Source of the DNA: Felis catus
Lineage: Eukaryota
Assembly (NCBI RefSeq): GCF_018350175.1
Contig: NC_058368.1
Coordinates: 135,720,001 to 135,784,000, forward strand
Direction: 5' to 3'
Length of the DNA stretch: 64,000 nt
A program made the translations under genes and the position numbers. The notes below the pieces were generated by a model that was not told where the DNA came from, ran no database searches, and was given only the letters and a program-made list of their open reading frames with translations. Of this stretch, positions 55,959 to 64,000 are shown one piece after another. Position 1 is the first letter of the stretch; every line of letters starts with the position of its first letter.

Positions 55959-56268
55959 CAGTGCTACTTTGTCGTCTGTGGTGGGAAGTGCTGGACTCTT
56001 CAGGGTGTGTATCTTGGGAGCTCTTATGCCTGGAATACTGAAAAATGGCACCACTTCTTTCTTCCCTCGTTCCTGGAAAGGGGGGAGGGCTAAAGTTCTT
56101 TCCATCCGATCTTTTTCTAGATGTAGACAGATGTGAAACTTGCACTTCATAAATACTGCTGGGCCTTCTCGCGAGGCCATACCCTAAGTCGCCTTCTGCC
56201 ATGTCATCGTCCTCGGTTTCCCAGGTTGGCACCTCTGCCTCACTCGGCGGCCTCACCACCCTGCTCAT
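55959..56268 (-). CDS. CCDC125: CCDC125 first coding exon (MSRVVRPPSEAEVPTWETEDDDMAEGDLGYGL...RRQSST); exon acceptor at 56308
   Basis: ORF 55855..56268; N-terminus resembles CCDC125 (EGDLGYGLxRxP, RKRSDGKNFSPPPFP); donor G|gtaaga; acceptor cacag|. Confidence 0.93.
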
Positions 56269-56291
56269 CAGCCAGATGCCGTATTTAACAT
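56268..56291 (-). other. 7-codon uORF (MLNTASG*) whose TGA overlaps the CCDC125 ATG
   Basis: Minus strand reads ATG TTA AAT ACG GCA TCT GGC TGA TG, inside the exon downstream of the acceptor at 56308. Confidence 0.7.
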
Positions 56292-58524
56292 AAGGAAAAA
56301 CAGGGTATCTGTGGTTAAGAGAAACAATTTAAAAAACATCAGTATAATAAAGTTGGGGTTTCGAGGGGAGAAGAGTTTCTTTCTCTATTATACAGGCACG
56401 ACTATCCCAGTGATGCATCAGCACACAAACATCTCTTACAATCCGGTTCAAGATGTTTAACATTTAAGGGCTTTTTAGGTAGGAAATGATCAGCCTCTTA
56501 TTTCAAAGACTGCAGTGAATTGTAAGGAAGCAGGAAAACCTTTTACTGAATCCAGTAATCTACTGATCAGGATAAAGCAAATCAGACTTTGCCAAGGAAA
56601 GAGAAAGGGTTTGGTTTTCACCAGGCTAGGAGCTACGAGAAATTCAGGGAATCCCTGCAAAACGGAACTTGCAGGGAGTACACAGAGCACCCTGCCCCTG
56701 TCCCTTCATGGCCTTGCGTGCACTTCAGGTGCTCATGGCTCTTATAGCCTGTCCTGTAGCCCTCTGTACTATGGGAACATCTTCTGTTTTTCTGCAGACA
56801 CAGCAGGGTTTTTGTACCTGAGACGATGATAGGTGGGAAGGAAGTACCCCCTCTCTTTATCAGACTGTGTGTTCAAGGCCCTCCACTGTTTTCACAACAC
56901 AGCATAGAAGTCAAAGTCCTTTCGATGGCTCGCCTCTGACTGCATGCCCTCCTAGGCTGGCCACCCTGGCTGGCTTCCCCAGCGTTCCTGGCACAGAGCT
57001 GGGGTTCCCTCTGGCTGGAACACTCTTCCCCAGACAGTTGCTCAACTGGTTCCTCACCTCCTATGGGTCTTTCCTTCAGTGACACCTCAGTGACTGATAC
57101 CAGATCTAAAATTGCAAACTCCTCCTCCTCCTCCTTCCCTGATTTATTTTTCCCCTAGCACTTAGGGCCTTCTAACATACCCCTCCATATTTTACTCATT
57201 TTTCAAGTCACACCATGAAAGGCAGGAGGTAGTACAAAAGTGGGAGCCTAGCAAAGCCAAAGGTGATTCTGCCCTGCCTATGATGCCTCTCAAAAGGCCG
57301 AGCGACCTAAAACTTTTCCTCTGCCAGAGCCCAAACCTGCTTAAGATGGCCCAAAGTGGAAAGTAAGGTCCATCACTGGGATCATCACTGCATTCCCAAT
57401 GCTGAAAACAGTATCTGAGACGTAATCAGAGCTCAATAAATACTTTTTAAATAAGGTGAATGAAGGAATAAAATTCCCTTCCTGTAGGGCAGAAAAATAG
57501 TCACCTCAGCAAGACTCCAACCTGAATACTGGGAAGCTAACTGCCTGCCCTTCTTCCCAGAGGAAAACATTCCAGATAAAAATGCCTTACAGAGAAATTA
57601 CCACCACTGAGCCCTCCCCATGTGGAGACGAAGGACCACTGTAGGCACCTACCTGTTGGCTGCAGAGCACCTTAAATGCTCAGCCTTGTTCTCTTGTACA
57701 CAGTAGTACAGGAAGAACTTTCACCACCAGGCATTTCAGAATAGCTGTTTTGCCGTAGTTGTTTAGAAATATCTCATCCTTTTCTCAAGATTCATTTTTT
57801 ATTGGTTTTTTTTTTTCACCTTTATTTTTGAGAGAGAGACAGAGCATGAGTTGGGAAGGGACAGAGAGAGAGGGAGACAAAGAATCTGAAGCAGGCTCCA
57901 GGTTCTGAGCTGTCAGCACAGAGCCCTGACACAGGGCTCGAACTCACGAATTGTGAGATCATGACCTGAGCCGAAGTCAGACACTTAACAGACTCAGCCA
58001 CCCAGGTGCCCCAAGATTCATTAAAAAAAATAAATAAATACATAAATACATACACACATACATCTGACATCTCTTCTAAATATATCCTGCTATTTACATA
58101 ATTGCTTACCAGGACTTTAAAAAATAATTAAATCTTAAACTTGCATTTTTTAGTGAGATGTTTCTCTTATTCTTCCACTATTAAAACCACACAAATGGGG
58201 CACCTTGGTGGCTCAGTCGTTTAAGCCTCCAACTCTTGATTTTGGCTCACGGTTTGTGAGACTGAGCCCTGCATCAGGCTCTGTGCTGACAGTGTGGAGC
58301 CTGCTTGGGATTCTTTCTCCCTCTCTCTCTGCCCCTTCCATGTGCTCTCATGAGCTCTCTCTCAAAACAAACAAACAAATAAACAAACTTAACCACCCCC
58401 CTCCCCCTACACACACATAGTTGAAGAGGTTTCTGTTGTTTTTAGGGTTTAAAGTACCATATTCTTTCAGTATTTGAAAGCCAAGGCCCTTAAAGATTCG
58501 AAGACATAACATCATAAAAGAAGG

Positions 58525-59410
58525 TAAATGGATAGAAAGACATTCAACATCAGTAGCTGTCAGGGGATTGTAGATTTAAACTACAATGACAGTCTGTTAC
58601 ATACCAGTGTCAATTCTAAGTATTGCTGCGGATATAGACATACATAGTAGGCAGGAGTATAAAATGGTACAGCCACTGTGGAAAATTTTGGTAGTTTCTT
58701 TTAAACAAGTGATCCAGCAATTGCATTTTTGATATTTACCCAAGGGAAATGAAAACATATGTTCACACAAAGATGTATGGATGACTGTTCACAGCATTAC
58801 TCAAATGGGCTCCAAACTGGAAACAACCCAGATGTACAACAGAAAGACAAATTGTTAAGTCGATACAACAGAATATATTCAGCAATAATGAATTTCTAAT
58901 ACATGTAACAACGTGGATGAGTCTGAGAGACATTATGCTAACACAGGAAGCCCATCCTCTGTGAAATTCTGGCGAAACTAATATATAACGGACAACAGAT
59001 TAGTGGTTGCCTAGGGTGGAAGGCTGACTGCAGAGGGCAGGAAGGAACTTTTGGGAGGTGGTAGAAAAGTCTCGGTTTTGGGGCGCCTGGGTGGCGCAGT
59101 CGGTTGAGCGTCCGACTTCAGCCAGGTCACGATCTCGCAGTCCATGAGTTCGAGCCCCGCGTCAGGCTCTGGGCTGATGGCTCAGAGCATGGAGCCTGTT
59201 TCCGATTCTGTGTCTCCCTCTCTCTCTGCCCCTCCCCCGTTCATGCTATGTCTCTCTCTGTCCCAAAAAAAATAAATAAACGTTGAAAAAAAATTAAAAA
59301 AAAAAAAAAAGTCTCGGTTTTGACTAGGGTGATAGTTTGTCAAAACTCAGCATTCTAACAATGGTGCATTTTATATGTAAATTATGCCTCGATAATAGGT
59401 TTAAAAACTT
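58525..59410 (+). mobile_element. Old L1M 3' region with a young SINEC (59080-59310, TSD aaaagtctcggtttt)
   Basis: aaaatggtacagccactgtggaaaa; gaaatgaaaacatatgttcacacaaa. Confidence 0.8.
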
Positions 59411-60123
59411 TTAAACACACAAAATAAGGGACCTTTAACTGCATTAGGGGACAAGATGAGAAATGTGTTGATCAATTGTATCCTCCTAGATAAGCAAATT
59501 ATTAAACTGGATGCTCTAAATCAGCAAGAATTTCTTTTTCAATGATATAATAATAGCACTTGTTGCTTCTTTTCTGTGTGCTAGGCACTATTTTAATGTT
59601 TTTCTTAGATTATTCCATTTAATCTTCATCTTTCAAGACAATAGCGTTATTAAATATAGACAATTAGCTAACGAGAGGTTGAACCAGATTCTGAATCCTG
59701 ACTCCTAATGTAAGAGACACTGTGACACTCTTAGCTACTGCTTTCTGTCACTGGAAGAATATGAATGAGCGTTACATCAGAATAAACCACGTTTCTATCA
59801 TTTATGACATCAAACAGTACTAAAAGTAAAAATCTTTTTTCCCCCAAATTTTTATAAAATCATCTTTGTTCCTTTACAAGTTTATTTCCTAAATAAGTAA
59901 GTTTTTCTATTTTTATTCATCAAGACAGACAGGAAATAATCCCTAAGGAGCTATGTTTTGCCTCTAATGCAAACTCCTGCTTATAAATGCACTCTCACAC
60001 CTTTGTTAAGGAGGGTATGCTCAGGGCTAGGCAGCCAGCGGTGGAGAAAATGGAATTGGTCAACACAAAGGAAAAAAGTAGTAAGAGGAAAGAGTAAGCA
60101 ATCACAGGATTAGCTAAGAATAT

Positions 60124-60676
60124 ATATGTAATTTTTTGGAAAGGTCATCTGAGCTTTATTGTACATCAATGGTCCATCCTGGAGCCTGCGTCTTAGCATT
60201 CCTGGGGATGGTGGTCCTGGGGCCAGCCCCAACCCCAAACCCAAATGCCCCAGCCCTGCCCAGCTCCCAATCCAGTGCTGGGTTAGCATGCTTTGGGAGT
60301 AGGGAGGGGTGGGGTGGCCAGAATTCTTGCCCACAAAGCCCAGGTGGGGCTTGGTCCTGGGACCCTGGGCTCCTAGGAGGTGGGACAGGGTGGGCTCTTG
60401 GGATAGGAGAGCCCCCAATCCTCTGGAGCCCAGATCCTGGCCTACACAGGGGCCCAGCCTGCTGAGTGGGGCCTGGCCTGGCAGATTCTACAGGGTGTCT
60501 GTTGGAGCAGCCGTGGATGAGAGCATGGCACTCACTCCAGCTCATTCTCCGGTGCAGGCCTGTCTCATCTACTTGCCTGGGGTCACAGCCCCCATGGCTG
60601 TCTCTGCCCAGCAGCATGTGTTGCAGGCATCACCTGGGCCTTGGGTAGCAGCAGGCTCTGGTGGCTGGGCTGCGTG
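60124..60676 (-). pseudogene. 5'-truncated retrocopy of an unidentified GC-rich mRNA (3' end)
   Basis: GC-rich island in AT-rich intron; minus-strand AATAAA 60155-60160 followed by a decayed A-tail; TSD gcta(a/c)gaatat at 60113-60123 and 60677-60687, followed by TTTTT/AA. Confidence 0.75.
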
Positions 60677-63314
60677 GCTACGAATATTTTTTAATGTGCC
60701 ACATAAATTCAGGTATCATGGTCTGGTCTTTCTAGCCTTTCTGCTATTCACAGTTAACATAATGAGCTTTCCCATGATCCAATACTCTTACTGTTTTAAA
60801 AAATGTAACTTTGGGAACTGGTGGATGTATACTCTCCCCTTTTTTATATACTTAACATTAATAAACCAAACGACTTTCAGAACACATTTCTTCTAAGAAA
60901 GGGAAAATGTTAGAAGTTACTAATGTTCCACTCAGCCAGTTTTCAATATATTCAATGTTGACAACCAGGGAGGCCCAGCAGGATGTGTGACAGAGAAGGC
61001 TCTGACTCAGGAGGTCTGAGTTCAAATTTCACTCCACCACATGCTGCTCTGTGATCTCGGGCAAGTCATTTAACTTCTCAGAGCGCGTTTTCCAATCTCC
61101 AAAATGAGTTTAAGCATTACTACTTTATAGGGTTATTTTGGGAACCATTGATATGATATATTTCAAGTCCATGTTTATTGAATTAGAGTTTGGGAGTATT
61201 AGTCCCATTGTTAAATGGGAGGATTGGACAAGATGTTTTGGTTCTTCAGGACTCTAAAATTATGGTTCTGGATCATCTTTTCCCAGTGTGTGCCCCATGG
61301 GACACTAGTTCTTTGGACTATTAAGTGTTGCTAGGAATAAAAGGGTCCTTCTGGTTTTATTTTTCTATGCTAGTAAAAGCTATGCATGACTGGCCCAAAA
61401 TTACACAGGTAGTGGAAGAGCCAGAACTAGAAGCCATATCTCTGGCTCCTGGCCCAGTGTTCTGGTCGCTTGGGAAAGGCCACAGGATGAACCAATTACA
61501 AACAGTGAGCAATCTTCCTACTTTTGCACTAAAACAACTCTCTGAAAAGGGACCACTGACTTCCTAATTGCTAAATCCAAGATCTAGTCTTGCTCCTCGG
61601 TCTCCTCCACCTGTGCAGAAGCTGTGGCACTACTGATCTGCCACGCCCAGGCCCCTGGTTGACCTTAGCCCCTCAAACCCTACAGGAATGAGGAACCACC
61701 CCATGTCTGCCTGCTCAGGCTCCTTTTCCTTTCTGTCCTGCTCTGTATGTTTGGCTTCCACTATTAAACACACTTACACATTTCCAGCTGGATATCCTGC
61801 CAGCAATTCAAACACAGCTGTTCAGGGGCGCCTGGGTGGCTCAGTCGATTAAGTGTCTGACTTCAGCTCAGGTCATGATCTCGCAGTCCATGAGTTCGAG
61901 CCCCGCGTCGGGCTCTGTGCTGACCGCTCTGAGCCAGGAGCCTGTTTCAGATTCTGTGTCTCCCTCTCTCTCTGACCCTCCCCCATTCATGCTCTGTCTC
62001 TCTCTGTCTCAAAAATAAATAAACGTTAAAAAATATTTTTAAAAATAAAAATAAACAAATAAATAAAAAACACAGCTGTTCAAAAACAAACTCACTGCCC
62101 TCCCACTCCCACCCTAGATCTATCTCATCCTGAGTCCTCTAGTTCTGCAAACGTTTCAACCATGCTCCAAAACACCCAGGTCCAAAACTTTGGGATTTCT
62201 CTTTTCCTTGACCCCTTCAGATGCCAAGATGTCTAGGCGCACAAAATCTCCTGAAACCATATCCTTTGGATATTAACTTCACAGCCCTGGCTGGATTTCT
62301 TATTACCTCTTCCAGGTGAAACCAATAGTCCCCAAGTCATCCTATACACTGCTGCTCCAAGCACAGATCCAGAGATGCCCCCCCTCTTGCCCTAAAACAT
62401 TCCATGGCTCCCATGCCATAAAGTGTCACCCTGTTATCTACGAGACTCATTTTTACTTCACATGTCAGCTGTCACTGCTTCCTGGACATGTTCTGTGCTT
62501 CCATTAAGAAGGACTGCACCGGGGTGCCTGGGTGGCTCAGTTAGTCAAGCGTCCGACTTCAGCTTGGGTCATGATCTCTCTGTGGGTTTGGGCCCCACAT
62601 TGGGCTCTGTGTTGACAGCTTAGAACCTGGAGCCTGCTTCAGATTCTGTATCTCCTTCTCTCTCTGCCCCTTCCCAGCTTGCACTCTGTCTCTGTCTCTC
62701 TCAAAAACAAGTAAACATTAAAAAAAAAGGACTGCACCTGTGCCCAGTCCTCCTCAGGGCAATCAGTCACCTTCAAGTCTGCTGGTGCTCATCTCCACGC
62801 CAGGAACGCTGACTCCTCTGTAGTCCCCCGCAGCTCATGACAGCCACTCCCCCCAGCAGCCCTCCTGACACCCCTGAGCCAGACGTGATCTCTGAGCTTT
62901 CCTAGCTCTGTGTTGTACCTTTTAATTTTTTTTAAGTCTTTATTTATTTAAGTAATCTACACACACAACACGGGGCTTGAACTCATGACCGCTCTCACAG
63001 AAGACCCAGGCAGGCATCCCTGTACCTTTTTAATAGTCCTTTTTCCTGACATGTGTATTGCACACGCCCCTACAGTAGCTCGATGTATCCTTAACTCACT
63101 GACCTGTTCAAAGAACGGTGACAGACCGAAATGAAGAAACAGACTCCTGCCCAGAAATCTTGGACTAGAAGCATCCACACCCACTAGCCTGATACTTGCC
63201 CTAGCAAACACAATGGTCAAACAGACACCCAATTCCTGTCAGGCTTGGCAAAGAGGAACTAACTTGAGCCCTCCCTGGTGAACAATGGCCTGCTACACAA
63301 CACTGCAGCATTAT

Positions 63315-63520
63315 GTTTTTAAACTTTTTATGAAAATAATTTTAGATTTACAGTAAGTTGCAAAGATAGTGCAGAGCTCCTGTATACCCTTTGCTCACAC
63401 TCCTCTAATGTTAACATTTACCAAAATTAACAAGTTAATATTGACACATGGAATTAACTAAACCACAGACTTTATTGGGATTTCCGCAGTCATTTCTACT
63501 GATGTCCTTTTTCTGGTGCT
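63315..63520 (-). mobile_element. L1MC-like 3' end fragment
   Basis: ttttagatttacagtaagttgcaaagatagt...ctctaatgttaacat. Confidence 0.65.
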
Positions 63521-63689
63521 GGACACGTATTTTTAAGGCTCAATACTAATAGGAAAAAATAATAAAGGAGGAGAGGGAAAAGGCAGAAACAGATTCTTTC
63601 AAACCTATTCCTTTTTTTTTTTTTTTTTTTTTTTTAACGAGACGAGACCATTAAACTAGCGTTTAGGGGAAAAAAAGCAGCCAGTGGGC

Positions 63690-64000
63690 CAACTTGTACA
63701 CAACCTGCCGGGTTTGCACGAATCTGCGCAGCCCGGGTCCCGGGTCCTCCCCACTCGCCGTTCCCACCAGCCCTGCCTGACCACGCGCCCCCACAACGCC
63801 CGTCGCGGGGACCCGACCAGGGGACCGGACCAGGGAATCCCGCCCGGCGCCCAGGACCCCCACCGCCCTCGCGCCCCACCTGGCGCGCTCACCTGGCGCC
63901 GAGCCTCTCCGCCGCGCGCGTCGCCGCCCTCCAGCCACGTGACCACGCGCGCCGCCGGGACCAGAAGGAGGGGCGAGGCCGCCGGAGCCGGACCCCGCTG
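63690..64000 (-). promoter_or_regulatory. CCDC125: CpG island with probable CCDC125 non-coding exon 1 (donor CAG|GTGAGC, exon ends at 63893) and E-box CACGTGAC at 63936-63943
   Basis: Abrupt switch to very high GC/CpG; consensus minus-strand donor; the ATG-containing exon has its own acceptor, so an upstream exon is required. Confidence 0.75.

Noticed and set aside
60110..60896. Overlapping ORFs of up to 195 aa as a novel protein-coding gene
   Set aside because: ORFs occur in many frames on both strands, as expected for stop-poor GC-rich DNA. The 195-aa ORF runs across the TSD into flanking intron. A retrocopy explains the region better.
63634..63946. Three minus-strand ORFs in the CpG island
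   Set aside because: Low-complexity Gly/Arg/Ala translations expected from GC-rich promoter DNA; they cross or lie beyond the exon 1 donor.

Overview
Mammalian (felid, probably cat) genomic DNA, judged from about 70 carnivore SINEC elements counted by eye, including young Felidae-type copies. Two intact spliced genes converge tail-to-tail. CDK7 is on the + strand (coding exons 3-12 at 1624-30129; exons 1-2 lie left of the window). CCDC125 is on the - strand (11 coding exons at 56268-33964, 513 aa, with a probable non-coding first exon and CpG-island promoter at the right edge). Introns are dense in SINEs, L1 fragments and MaLR (MLT1) LTRs. Features the ORF track does not identify: a decayed ATP5MG (ATP synthase subunit g) processed pseudogene in CDK7 intron 9; a TSD-flanked GC-rich retrocopy of an unidentified mRNA in CCDC125 intron 1; a near-perfect 138-bp tandem duplication; several multi-layer nested insertion stacks; a uORF overlapping the CCDC125 start (TGATG); and candidate poison or alternative splice sites in both genes. 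I see no evidence for a wholly new biological system. Most ORF-track entries are SINE/L1 artefacts. Protein and repeat identifications are from recall, not database searches.
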